Below, piece by piece: positions 36,294-49,670 of a stretch of 64,000 nt of DNA. The stretch lies in assembly GCA_053919585.1 (NCBI GenBank), contig CM132787.1, one strand, 5' to 3'. The notes under the pieces were generated by a model. The model did no database searches, was not told the DNA's origin, and saw nothing but the letters and a program-made list of their open reading frames with translations. Both the position numbers and the translations under genes were made by a program. The number at the start of each line of letters is the position of its first letter. Within the stretch, counting starts at the first letter, position 1. The stretch is from Euprymna scolopes (taxonomy: Eukaryota).

Positions 36294-39200
36294 TAGTCAG
36301 GGAGCAGTTGTCATCTGCTTCAAGAATTTTGCCAAAATTGAAATTTCACTTGGATATGATCAAGAACATCACAACGAATAACTTTCAACTTGTCTTCCAA
36401 CTATTAGCATCATATTTCATCACGAGAGGGCGCTTTTCCAAAATGGCTACGAAAAATCATGAGAATATAGTAGAAACTTTATTTTTTGCCAAAATATCAG
36501 GACACTGGGTTGTCTTTCAATGATTTTCTTAACATATAGTGAATGCCCCCATATTTTAAAACCAAAATCACTGGATACAAGGTAGACAAAGGGCGCTTTT
36601 GCCTAAGATGGCCTCCAAAATAATGCACAGCCCATAGGAATTAAGGGGAGCGTTTGGTTCAAAACTGAAATTGCCTTGTGGGCATTCATACTCCTATCAG
36701 TACTATATGGTAGGCTGGGTTACCAATGTTGTACAAAAAAAAAAAAATTGATACCCCCCAATTTGGGGACGTGAGGGGGCAAAAAAACAATTTTCAGCCC
36801 GATTTGGCATAATGTTCTAAATCTTATAACTAGAGAAACACTGGGCCAATTGAGATGAAAAAAATATATGGGTACACTATAGAGACTGCTCTAGATAGTA
36901 ATTTGCGGCAGAGAGATAATTTACATTTTCAAGTATTCTTAATGAAAAAAAAATATATATTATGTATAGTTATGTTGTACATTTCTATCATTCCATGTCA
37001 TCTTCACTAATGTCATCTATTTCTTCATTGTAGTCGTCTGAATTTTCACAGCCATCACCACATCCACAAGCATCAGAGCACATTAGTGAATTCTTATGGC
37101 ATCCACATCTGTTTGTCATACAGGAACTGCGGCAGGAACATTGACGCAGCTCTAACAATGCTTCTGGTGCTGGCACATTAATATTTAGTACAGGTACCAA
37201 ATAACCATCCTGCCTCTCCCATGAAAAATTAGTTGCTGGTGGGATGCTAGGGCATGGTTTGGTGGATAGATTCCACACCAAAGCCATGTAGAATGCCCTT
37301 TGTGTGTGCGGTATGAGAGTTCCTAATGTAGGAGGCAACTGTCTTCCTTCCGTGGCATTTTGTGCAAAGAGTGCCCATCTCAGTTCTTTTATACTCTCTG
37401 ATATCACTTTTCCAGAAGGTTTATACAAAAGGCATATGTAGCGTTCCATCTGGTTGACAACCCACTCTGGAACATCAGTACTCTTTCCAAATGCTGCAAA
37501 GGCATCAAGCAGGGGGGTATCACATGCCATAAATGCCTTGAAGTGACTTGTGACTCCTTTCCCAGCAAATGCACCAGTGTTGTCAGTCCCTATGAAGGCA
37601 TACCATCCCACTAATGCTTTTGCTTTCTTAATGCCGAGCTTATTATAGCTTTCAAATATTGAAATCCTCTCTGTATTATTCCTAACAAAGCACGTCATTG
37701 GCGGGATTAATGGATAGTTTCCAGTAAGTAACACAAAGACATCTGTATCTACTGAAAATATATCCACTTTAGCATTTTCATCTTTGTGATTGACGTCCAC
37801 AGCATTAAGCAGTACCAACTGGTCACCTTCCTCTAAGCAGTGACTTCCTTCTGACATTTGTGGCATGGACACAACATTGGCAAGGTGGCAATTAGCTTCT
37901 ATGATTGTGTCGTACATAACAAGAACCTTCTTTGACTTTCCTTGGTAGTGTGCTAGTACTTTCTGTGATAGATATTTGGTGAGCTCAGCCTTTGTCTCGA
38001 TATGTGATAGAAACATCCTTATATTCTTTATGTCTGTACTGTCATTAACATGATAATGGATAGCTGCTGTTTTCTTGGTTCTTTTGTCTCTTGTGGTTTG
38101 TTTGAGAGATCCTGGTCGATATTGGTCAAAGACAACACGTATTTCATCATATTGTGCCCCCATATCTTCAACCATTTCAACAAATTTGTTTGCAAAATTT
38201 AAAGCAGTAAATTTCTCACATGTTTTTGTTACCATGTTGACAACACACATTGCATCAATTATTAAAATTGCAGTTTGGGTGCTATTTGCTTGATCTGCTG
38301 GGGGCTGGCTTACATCTTCTGGAATAGGGAGATCCATGACCAACTTTACTAACTGGGATTTTCCAGAAAGCATAATCATTGAACCATCTGACTGGAAATT
38401 TGATGGTGGGGCACTGTCAAATTCATATTCTCCTATAGCATCTTTCACTTCAAATTCAGGTCTTCTTTTGCCTATAACCAATAGTCTGGAAAGCAATTTC
38501 CTCTCTTGTTTGACAGCAACTAATTGGCCCTTCACCTTTGTTTTGACAACTGGACCAACATTCTTGAAATAGGGAATGTTATTTTTCTTCTGGGGATCCC
38601 AAAAGCCAACTGTCTTCTCAACCATCCTACTCGTCACAAACTTCCCCAGTGCCTCTCTTCCTAATTTATCTCTTTGTTCAATATTCTGACTGACTTCAAT
38701 TGGCGGTACAGCATATGTCATCAAGTTAAACATGTCACTTTCTTCAAATGGATTTCCTTGTTTGTTGATGGCATCCACAAGTTTTGCAGCATTTTGTATC
38801 AATCTAGTACCTTTTCCACGTGTTAATTCGTGGTGAAGTGATGTTGCCTGTCTACTTTCTATTCCAGCATAGTCTTTGAACTCATTAATGACTCTGCTTA
38901 ATGTAGGAGCAATGATAAAGTATTTGTCTAATGCTGACTCATTTCCTGTAATGCCGATGAAACCCCCTTTGCATTTCATTTTCTTATGTTCTTGTTCAAT
39001 CGCATGATCTGGATCAATTGCTGTAAATGATGCATTGTGTTTAGCAATGGTAAAGTTTCCTTCATTAAGAAATTTCCATAGATTAGGATCATTTGTCTGC
39101 ATCTCCAACATGTCAGCAACATATAGCGTACCCCATCTTCCATAGTTAAACTGATCATGTGCATGGAAGTAGGACAGCAACTCTTCCATTTTTTCCAAAT

Positions 39201-42200
39201 GAAGCTTCCAATCACCTTTCCTTGTAGCAGCAATGAACATCAGCAAAACCATTACTTGGTTCATGTAGTTTGTCAGGAATTTTTGAATACCTTTCCCATT
39301 TTCTTGCCATTCCTCCATCCGTTTGAAAGTATCATTTGTCATCAGCTGATGGTGCATAAGGTTAATTTGTTTCTGAAATTCTTCTGTATCCTTGCTTGGT
39401 TCATTGATGTATGACTTAAATGATTGGGCAATTTTCTTGATACCTGGTGTGATTTCTGCTCTGTCATTTTCTGAGAACACAGTCTGAAAGAACAAATGAT
39501 GCAATGCTATGAGTGTCACTGTATGTGCTTCTATTCCTCTGTACACATGTCGCCCATCTAATATTTGCCTCACTGTCGCTGGTCCATAAAGGTCTGACTC
39601 TTGCCAAGCTATATCAATGCCACTGCCTTCAACATACTTCCCTAAACATTTGAGAGCAGCCATAGTAGTGTGCAAACTCCCAAGTCTAATGCACCACTGC
39701 GATTTGTAATCTTTCAATCTTACTGCACGATTATACAAGTCGCCATCTAGTGTAATCGCAGGCCTGCAATCATCTCCCATAGTCATGCAATTAATCTTCT
39801 GTGCCTGCATTAGAATAGTCAAGAGTACAGGCCACTCTGTTGGACTTCTCCTGTAAAGAGGGGCACATATTCCAACATTCCAAATTGGTGTTTTCTTAGT
39901 GATAAGTGAATTATAGGTTGACCACGTAGGACATTGGAGATTCTTTTTCTGAGTACAGACTTTATTTTTTGATCCAGTCGTCATAATTTCTGTTGAATTT
40001 TTATTTGACACAGCAGTAGTCACTGAACCATCTTTGGTTTCTTCATATATACCTCCCATCTCATCTTCCTCATCTCTATTGTTTGTAGTTTCTTCCTCCA
40101 TGTTTTCCAACACATATGTTTCATCTTCATTGTCTTTGGTGCCTGTGCTCGTGGCTCCCATTTCTTTAACTTCTTCATATACCTGTTTTCCTTGTGACTC
40201 TGTTCCTGTATTATCAGCTACATCTTCACCATCTTCACACTCTTCATCTTTTCCCCACTTCCCATCCCTCAACACATTTGACAAAATCCAGCTACAGGTC
40301 AAGAACCAAATTACATTCATCTGCTCATAGACAATGTCAGTGCCTTTCAGAGTGTACAATTTGTAATTCACATGATCAACCTTTGGAATTGATGGTTTGT
40401 CACATTGAAAGTACTTTACATCTAAATTTTCTTTTAAAGACTTGTCTTTGATACCTAGGTTTAACTTAAGTTTACCACCAAGAATAGGATTACTTTCAAG
40501 CTCTTGCTGTGCTATTAGCAAGTCTGCCCCATGAAATGGCCCTACCTCACTACTCCAGTCAATATTGTCAATTGCAAACAAGGGTCTCACACCCTGCCTT
40601 AGAAAAGGGGGTATGTGCATGCCCTGAACACTGTCATTTACATTATCCATTACAGCCAAAGCCATTCTTGTTGTTATTCTCTCCACCTCATCATACGAAA
40701 AACAGCCGCCTTCATGTCTCTGAGCATTTCCACTTCTGAACGTGACCTGTTTGCTTGATATGATGTAAGGGCCAGACCAACTGTAAATGGTGTATCCTTA
40801 TCCTTCTGGAACCCACCACCATCTTCAGATTCGTAGTTTACTTGTCGATTGGATCTATATGAAGGCACAATGTGCTGAGTTAAATTTCTTTACATTTTCT
40901 CTGCTTCTTCTTCTCGTTTTATATGTAGACTAGTATGTAGGCCATATGTTATCCACCTTACTAACTGTAATAATTTTTTTGGTGTTTCAAAGTCCTCAAA
41001 TGAGCCTAGATATTTCCAATCTTTGATGCTATCTATTTCTTGTCTAATTATCTTTGATGCTTTACTTAGGATTTCCATCTCTTCATCTACATCTGACACT
41101 TGATACTCACGAGAAACAATTTTGTCTTTAATTTTCTTGGAGACAACTACTTCAGGTTTAGGACCACGCTTTACAAAATCAATTCCAGGAATCTTCTCAA
41201 GAAGACGCTTTTTCAAAAGCTGCTTGTAGTTGCTAGTTAGAACTGGCACTTCATGTTCTTTAAGGAGTTTAATGTAGGCATCATTGATTACATTCATATC
41301 AATGCCTGGAAAAGTATCACTGCTAGTTAATCTTAGTTGGACAATGTTGACAATTTCAATAATAGATATAGCACCTCCAATGTCATCATTTTCTGTTTGT
41401 TGGTTGTTGGCAGTCTTTGATGTTTCAAGGTATCTGGTTTCTTTTCTTAAACATGTCAAGTGGTATTTTAAATCTTGTGCAAATGCATCCATTGCATCCA
41501 TAAGGAGTGCTAGTCTTGCATGGACATCTTCACTTGGACTACAGTTCTTGATTTCCAAGAATTTTTTCCCCATGGACTCGCTGCACACTTCATGAATTTG
41601 TTCTCTGCCTTGATCTTGACAGAAGACACATAAATCTGAATCAAATGTTTTCCTTGATTTTGGTGATACAAAACTTGTACTTGGCCTTCGTCGCTTTTTG
41701 CTCATTGACTCTTTTAATTCTTCTTCATGACTCCTTTCAGCTTTTGCAAGATTGCTTGTGTTACAGAATGATTTGTAACACTTTCTATGGTAATGGTAAT
41801 CTGTTCCTCTAACTATTTTCAATGTATTTATTCTATCACAAATGTTTCTGTTCTTGCCAATTCTACCCCATCTTTCACTACACAATCTGATATTGGAGAG
41901 GGATGTTTCAGTTGCAGTAGAAAACAGATCGTGCAGCTTCTCGTCGCATATGATGCATTCCTCCATATTGCCGTTGTTCTGGTTACTATTGCTCCAAACA
42001 CAAATCTAAGGCCAGCTGCAGCCCTGCAAAGGAAAAATACATTTAGAACATTGCAATATAATAAACTTAAGATAATCAATAGAAATAAAGACATTTAGGG
42101 TTATTTTTGGGATTTTAGGTATTTTTGTCAGTAAATTAGGCAGCCAATTTGAAAATCGCTCTCACGCGCTTAAACCGGCTCTGAAATTTGGAAGACAAGT

Positions 42201-42304
42201 TGAAAGTGATTATCTATGATGACCTCCAACACATACAAGTGAAAAATCAATTTTGGCAAAATTTCTGAAGTAGCTATTAATTAATGACAAATGCCCCCTG
42301 ACTA
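36294..42304 (-). mobile_element. Academ (AcademX-type) family 2, full-length 6011 bp, nested in family 1
   Basis: Imperfect TIRs of about 100 bp starting TAGTCAGGG(A/G)GCA(G/T)TTGTCAT; 3-bp TSD ATA (empty site gtagaATAacag). Confidence 0.85.
36988..41966 (-). pseudogene. Academ transposase + XPG-like nuclease + Cys-rich finger, about 1650 aa, two frameshifts (ORFs 40890-41966, 40674-40868, 36988-40686)
   Basis: AIDNID, LDGDLY, LGSLH, DHAIEQ, IIDAM, VFDQY, EEGDQ, DTDVFV, GTDNT; C-terminal CSC..C...CGC....C...CGC. Confidence 0.8.
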
Positions 42305-45300
42305 ATAACAGTGTTTGTGATTGATGACTTTAATCTCTTTAACGATTTTCTCAAAATCAATGGCTGGAATTCTTTCTATAGTGCGGAAGTTTTCAGAATC
42401 ATTGTACTTCTTGCGTTCTGCAGCAGCTATGCAGGCCCTTTGAATTCCAACAAATGTTTTACCTACCAAATTTCAGAAATATTGAATTTGTGGAAGTATT
42501 TTTTAAAAATTTAGATAACATTGAAATTTTGTGACGTTTCATGGCTTAAATTTAGTAGCCAAATATGCAAACTTTACACCCTCCTAAAATCTGAACCATA
42601 ACGTTTACAACCAAATAATTTGGCAAATCATCTTAATTCTCCAAGAGGAAATTTTGTGCCAATTTTCAAGTAATTCGGAGTTAGTGGGTGTAATTGCCAG
42701 GTGAATTGAGATAGAATGACCCAATGAAGTTCATCAGAAATTTGGCTAAAAAGTGATAATAAAATCATTTTAAATGTATAAAAATATGGAATTCTTACTA
42801 AACAAAGTTTAATATACATCACAAATAATATTATCTCCAATTACAGCAAATTTCATAACATTATCTCAAATAGATATGGAGCTATGTCACATTATAATAG
42901 TACTGTATTTTCAACCATGGCGGCCATTTTGTTTTTGCTCTAAAAAATTATTAAAGGCCTAATTGAATGGGCATCCACCTGAAAAACCTTCAGTATGGAC
43001 CCCTCTAACAGTCTGACATGAATGCTTGCTCCTAACATTCCGTACCCCCTAAAGTGAATTTTCAAGATTTTGCCTCCTGACTACAATATCAAACTGGATA
43101 AATGCAGCCTTGCTTTTGTTGGGTATCCTGTTAAACCAGTTAATCGTATCCTCAGTGTTGACCCATTGGGTAAGGTTAAATTTCTTTTTTATTTGGTTGT
43201 TAATTCTTTTGAGGATCCTTTTACTTATTTTTCCGATTTCCGGTTTGGTGGGGTTAATAAGTCTGGTTTGGGGTTTAGTCTCGAAGTGTTCTTTGTGGTC
43301 TTTAAGGAGGAGGTATGCACTTTTTGTTTGGAGCTTGGAGACTCTATCGCTCAAGTTAGGGTGTCTGTAATGGTTTTACTGTCCAAATTTATATCCTTAA
43401 TCATGTTGATTTCGGATTTTTTATATGTAGCGGTGAGGTTGTTATTAAGGAGTTTTATGTATCTCTGTTTGGAGATCTTATAGAAATTTTGAGATTTATC
43501 CGCCTTAACATATATTAGTTTGGATGTATGAATATCTTTATTTTGTCTAAATGTTGTTGGAACTGGTTTTTGTGTTTATGGAAGGATATGTTGTTTATAA
43601 TGTCCGTAAGATCCGTTTCAAATTTCGCCAATTGCTCTGTTTGGAGCTGTGCTCTTGTTGCTGAATCCATAATATTCGGTGGTATTTATAGGATTTTTGT
43701 CCTTAAGAAAGAAGTAGGCCTTCCAGCGCATCTTCCTAGTAAGTTCCTCCATTCTTCTTATTAGGTTGAGAAGGTAGTCATTTTTTGGTGTTGTTGGGAT
43801 GTTTTTGAGGGATAGGTTGAAATTAACTTTTTCCATTTCTTGTAAAGGTATAATCCAAGCTTTTTATGGAGAGTGCTCAACCGTGAAGGAGCATATATTT
43901 CTTTTCAAAAGAAATAAGGTAAAAAAAACCCATTAAAAGTACTCGATATGTTAATAAAGCTGTATATAATTTTTTATTGAGCCCGTAATAAATTTACATT
44001 ACTGTTTCCATTGGATTTTCACCCCAGGAGATGAGGTAGAGTACCAATTAAAAGATATATATATATATATATATATTACTTCCGACCAAGGCTGACCTCT
44101 TAATCCTTAGGTAAAAGAGCGGCATATCTTTTTATTCTCTTTATCTCGACCGAAAACTCTCCTTTACTTTCGACTGGGGCTGACCCCTTAATCCTCAGGT
44201 AAAGAAGTTGCTTATCTTTAAAATTTTTATATTTATATTTTTATTACTTGTCTGATTTTTGATGGTTACCGCAAAAAGTTTGAGGGCGATGGTGTTGCTA
44301 CACTGTCTCCCCCCTTCCCAAACCACCCATTTTTGCGTCCCCCCCCAACCGCCCCTTTTTGCGTTAATGCCCCCCCCCCAACCGCCCCTTTTTGTGTTAC
44401 TGCCCCCCCTGATATCAAAGCACCGCCCCCAAGGGGGCGGTACCGCCCACTTTGGGAAACGATGAGTTAGGACGTGGCAGGCTTGGCCGAGGCTGCCTGT
44501 GAGCAGTTTGGACGTAATTTGTACGTCTCTCACCACTCCTCCCACGTCCAAAGGAAAAGTTAGCTTCAGTGCCCTGTAAAAAGAAGGATGAATATAAAGG
44601 GGAACCGTACCTTCGCATTTCACTGCTAACTGCTTCAGCGAGGGATGATTCGCTTCTGCCAGTCACACCATTGGGAACGCTACCTTGATCATCTTCCACA
44701 GCGCCTTGGTTCTCTTCCCCTTGTTGGTCCTGACAAAGGTCGTCATTGCCGGGACGTCTGCAAAATTCATTTCTTCCCCATGATTGTTGTGCATTGGTTT
44801 AGCCTGACCAGCTGTGACCTCTGGTTGCCTTTGAGGTCTGGAAACGGCTGCTGTGAGTCTGGCTCGCATATTTTCTCCCCTGGTAGGAACGGAAGCTTCT
44901 TGGTGTGCTCTGTTCTCGCCGGTGGGGGTGGGGGGGTTGGCTTCATGATTGGAGGTGCTTCTTCCACCTGCTCATTTTCGTCCGCTATGATGTTCTTGCG
45001 GGCCGAAGAGCTGTGTTCGGTATCGGGAGCCAGTTTGGGGAGAGCGTTCCGTTCATCCTGCATAGTGGATGTAGTTGCAGGGGTTTCAGGAACCTTCCCC
45101 TCCGGCTGGACTTCATGGTTAGTGTCCATCCGAGGGGGGCTGCGCGAGCCTTCTCTTGCCTTCCTCTTCTTGGCCTTTCTCTCCCTCTTACCTTTGCTGC
45201 TCCCTGAGGCAGGTTCGATTACCTCCTCCTCTGATCCGGTCTCTTCCTCCGATTCCTGCAGCTTTCTCTTACTGGCGCCGTTGGGAGGAGGATTGTCTGT

Positions 45301-45549
45301 ATTTTGTTGAGATTGGATTGTCGCATCGATGGCGAGATGCCGCTCGAACTCGACTTAGGAGACATTGTGTACAACATGGAGCCGCCGTTAGCTCTTTCTC
45401 AGTTAATATATAAAGTTCTAATCTGTGATACAATTCATGACCGGCCGGGCTTTAGTGAGGGCGGTTACAGGGAGTAAATGGTGGGTTAGTCAAGTATAGC
45501 CAACGCCTCGCGTTAGATAAGGCTAAGGCAAAGAAGCGTTTAGAGGATA

Positions 45550-46145
45550 AGAACTAATGACCAGCCGCTCAAATCCAAGCTCTGTAACACATTTACAATG
45601 TAACAGTATTCTGGTATCAGCTTCGTCGTGGTTACACTTTAAGGAATTGACGTTTGTTCCACGGGCTGATTCTGCAGCCATCCTGTCATGGAATCCTCCA
45701 GAAGTCACAACATCGCATTCTTTTTGTGTTAATTTTGCTTGACGAATCAGCTCCATACTCAAGAAGTGTTCTAAATCTTTTTTGTTCTCTGGGAGGTCAA
45801 TAAACTGTCTCCAGTTAACAGGTAATGGTACGTCCGTGTTATTCACTTTGTGACGTATTGGCCGGCTTTTTCCAATCCGAGAAATTCGAGTGGTATCCTT
45901 GATGGTATGTGCTTCATACCATCAAATATGACATGGACTCTGGAGCATGATTGACTAAAGTGACTAAAGACTGAGGTCACAAAATGGTCAGCGAGTTGTC
46001 CAAAGTTTTGGATATTTGCAGGTTTTCCAATTGCTTGGACAAGTGCCTGACCATCGATGATCACACAAGTTTTCAGGTTTGTTATTGGCAGTTGTTTCTC
46101 TACAGTTGTTCTTTTCTGGAGAATGTTGCCCAAAGTTGCTTTGTT
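45550..46145 (-). mobile_element. Academ family 1, copy E, short fragment ending the array
   Basis: ORFs 45523-45846 and 45843-46133; homology stops at about 46145. Confidence 0.75.
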
Positions 46146-46521
46146 GGTGCCTAGATTCTGAAAAAAAAAAAATGTTAAACTTTTCCATAGCTAAAAGATA
46201 AAATGAGGAATATTTGTTTTTAAGCTACCAGTACAAATAAAACCTAATAACAAATATATGATGTGGATTTATTTTAGCCTTGTAGGAACCCCCCCCCCCA
46301 TAAAACATGACCTTTTGATTTATTTTAAAATAAGTTTTCAGTAAAATTCTCTCTCATAAACAAAAGTGGTATTCTACATTTTATTTTAAAAGATTACACA
46401 TGAACAAACTGAAAAACTTGACAAAGAAATATATCAATTCTTTTAGAATTTATTCACATGTAAAATTAATTTAAAATATTTCTTAGTTATTTAAGTATTT
46501 TCGGATAGTTAATAAAATAAA

Positions 46522-46925
46522 TTGCTGGGGACTAGTGTCCTTGATCAGCCTAGGAAGAAGCTTTATCGGGAACTAGTGGTGGGTACCGCGAAGGATCCCC
46601 TTTGTAGGCGATTAGGTTGGTCGTTGGAAGTTATGCGTTCTCAGTGGAGTTGGGCGCCGGGTCGGGATTTTCTGACTAACTCGGAATTCTCCCTGACCTG
46701 GCGACTGGTCCGAAAAGCACTGCCGCTCTTCGACGAATTCAGCATGTATGGAGAACAGACGAGGGCCTGGTGTCTGCGCTGCGACGAACACCGGCTCGAA
46801 ACGGTCGAGCATGCGTTTTTCAGTTGTAGCCGGATCCAGGCCCTATTGAAGTACGTCGCAGAGGTAACGGCTCGCATCGATGGCGAGTGGCCGCTCGAAC
46901 TCGATTTAGGAGACATTGTGTACAA
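46522..46925 (+). pseudogene. Tx1/L1 ORF2 C-terminal fragment (zf-RVT-like)
   Basis: LTNSEFSLTWRLVRKALP...CLRC...ETVEHAFFSC; homologous to 60106-60786. Confidence 0.85.
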
Positions 46926-47166
46926 CAGGGGTCGGCAACCTTGTGGAGAGTGAGGGCCAAATAAGTATGTAGTATCATGGAGAGGGCCAAACAGTATAGC
47001 TAAGTGTAATGGAGAACCATATATAAAATATATAAATAAATTGGAGGGTGTTAAAAGAAAGGATTAATATGTAATAATTTTATTTAAACAATACTCATTA
47101 TAATTACTATCACAATAAAAAAAAAACAGTCCTTTTTACAAACAAAAAACAAGAAATAATAAATGA

Positions 47167-48945
47167 TTAATGAGACCCCTGTTTCTGCTTATTGTGTGAT
47201 AACTTGTCTACATCAGGTGAAATATTTGTTGATGATAAAAGCAAAACATCATCCAGGTGATCGTCACGCAATCTACTTCTCAAATGACTTTTTGTATATT
47301 TCATTTTGGAAAAGACTTGTTCACAGGCATATGTACTGCTAAATAATGACATCATCAGTTTTGCATTAGCCATGATGTTTTTATACTTTCCGCTTGGCAA
47401 TATATATTTCTTGTAAAAGTCAGCAGTGGATTCGAAATGATATTTCGATTTCAAAGATTCATTGCACTGCAAGTCAATTAACTCCAGCTGATATTCTTCT
47501 GCCACTTGCTCAACATCTGTTTCGTAAGGAGTACCAAATAACTTAAATAAAATTCTATATTTCCGGAAGTCAGCAAAAAGAAAACTCTTTTCTCAAATCC
47601 TTAATAGAGCTCACAAAGAAGTCCGGTATAAAATCTTTCTTGTGATTTTGGAGACTTGAGAAATGAGAGTAGTTTCCCTTTTGAAGCTGTGATTCCCACA
47701 GTTGAAGTTTGCTCTCAAAAGCATTAATTTTACTAAACATCTCAAATACATCCTTTTTCTTTCCTTGAAGCTCAAGATTCAAAGTGTTCATGTGGGTCGT
47801 GATGTCCACTAAAAAAGCTAACTTGCCAACCCACTGTGAATCTTGAAAGTGAGAATTATCTTGTTCTTTGCTTTCTAAAAACATGGAAATCTCTTCTCTC
47901 AATGCATATACTCGCTCCAGCATTTTCCCACGGGTAAGCCATCGAACATTTGAAAAATATGTAAGGTCGCCATACTCTGCTTCGATTTGTTTTAGAAATT
48001 CTTGGAATTGGCGGTGATTCAGCCCTCTTGACAATATAAAATTCACTATTTTTACGACCACTACCATGATGTCCTTAAAATTCAGTGATTTTGCACACAA
48101 GGCTTTTTGATGAATAATGCAGTGAAGTTTGATTATTTGTTTATCGATACCTATATGGTTTGGAGCAATGCAACAAACCCCTTTTTCTCTCCAACCATTG
48201 CTGGTGCTCCATCTGTGATTACTCCAGAAAGCTTTGATAAATCCAGATTCATTTCGGTAATCCATTTTATTACGCTTTGCAAAATATCTGCTCCAGTGCT
48301 AGTGTCTTTCATAGGAATCGATTTTGCAAATTCTTCCACAATATCAAATGTTTGTGTTACACCCCTCACAAACACAGCAAGTTGACAAGTATCCCTAATA
48401 TCTGTGGTTTCATCGATAGTAATGGAATAATACTCCAGATTATTTAAACTCCCCTTCAATCCACTTCTGACATTTGCTGCCAATTCTTCAATTCGCCTTG
48501 TTACTGTTCTTGACAAGCTGATAGTAGAAAATAATTCCTTTTTTTCTGGACAAATAACATCTGCTACCTTTAACAATAATTCTTTGAAGAACTCTCCATC
48601 AGTAAATGGCTTCATCCTTTCTGCAATTAGTTTTGACACCTCGTAACTAGCGCGAATATTTCGGTCACTTTCTCCAACTTTTCTAGTAAAAAAGGATGAT
48701 TGCTTTGTAAAATTATTTCTCAATCGTGCAAATTCGTGCTCTCATGCTTTTCCGGTAAAACTGTCGTAATAATTATGACGAGTTTCATAGTGCCGTTTAA
48801 TATTTGAGACTTTCTTCACAGCAATGGTTTCTTGACAAATTAAGCAAACACATTTTGCAAAATGCTCAATGAAAAAATATTTAATTGTCCAGGCATCGTT
48901 AAAAATTCGGCACTCCAAATCCACTTTTCTTCTCTTAGCTTCCAT
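47167..48945 (-). pseudogene. GTF2IRD2-like hAT transposase, frameshifted
   Basis: BED finger CLIC...RHYETRH, IDETTD, TDGAPAM, HCIIHQ, VRWL, STYACEQVFS. Confidence 0.88.
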
Positions 48946-49040
48946 GGGCTTGTTTTTGTTCAGACAAAAAACGATTTCTGGAAAGGAAAAAGAACAAAAA
49001 ATATGGTAATAAGAGCTTGACATGGTGGGTGCACTAACTA

Positions 49041-49280
49041 TACATATTTCCTTAAAATAAATATAAACATAATTGAACAGAAACACAATATAAAAATATT
49101 TATTATTCCTAGTTTTTCAATATATATTTCCTTAAAATAAATATAAACATAATTGAACAGAAACACAATATAAAAATATTTATTATTCCTAGTTTTTCAA
49201 TATATATTTCCTTAAAATAAATATAAACATAATTGAACAGAAACACAATATAAAAATATTTATTATTCCTAGTTTTTCAA
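49041..49280. repeat. 80-bp tandem repeat x3
   Basis: Units start at 49041, 49121 and 49201. Confidence 0.95.
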
Positions 49281-49434
49281 TAAGAAAATAAAGTTATAAA
49301 AACTCTTATTATAAAAATATAAAAAAATATATTGACTTAAGATAATTCTTACAATGACTTTATTGTAAGTAAGACTAAACTTGACCAGTAACAATAAATT
49401 AGATATTACTGATGAATTTCTTCATCACTGGAGG

Positions 49435-49670
49435 CACTGGCGTAGCTAGGGGGGGGGGGCGGTCCGCCCCGGGCGGCACACCTGAGGGGGCGGCATTTTG
49501 AGAGGGTAAAAATAGAAAGTAGAAAAAAAATAAACAAAAGTTAGCAAAAAATATGAAATTTTATACCAAAAAGGTTGTAAAAAATCGGAATTTTGGGGGT
49601 ATCGGAATCAGGGGGGGGCGGCATTTTTTTACTACCGCCCCGGGCGGCAAAAGGTCTAGCTACGCCACTG
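49435..49670. mobile_element. 236-bp hAT-type MITE
   Basis: TIR CA(C/G)TGGCGTAGCTAG; exact 8-bp TSD ACTGGAGG. Confidence 0.9.

Larger units (their letters stand above)
32618..43083 (-). mobile_element. Academ family 1, copy D (interrupted by Academ family 2; about 770-bp deletion at 42450)
   Basis: ORFs 33441-36167 (908 aa) and 32591-33481; sequence resumes at 42305; terminus at 43083. Confidence 0.75.
262..46145. repeat. Tandem array of five composite TE units (A 262-9994, B 9995-17438, C 17439-30140, D 30141-43083, E 43084-46145)
   Basis: Same order Penelope / hAT end / Tx1 ORF1 / linker / Academ, with near-identical sequence and recurring ORF translations. Confidence 0.95.

Noticed and set aside
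47167-48945. Domesticated host GTF2IRD2 gene
   Set aside because: Multiple frameshifts and intact TIRs indicate a decayed transposon.
49041-49280. CRISPR-like array
   Set aside because: Contiguous tandem units with no unique spacers; eukaryotic context.
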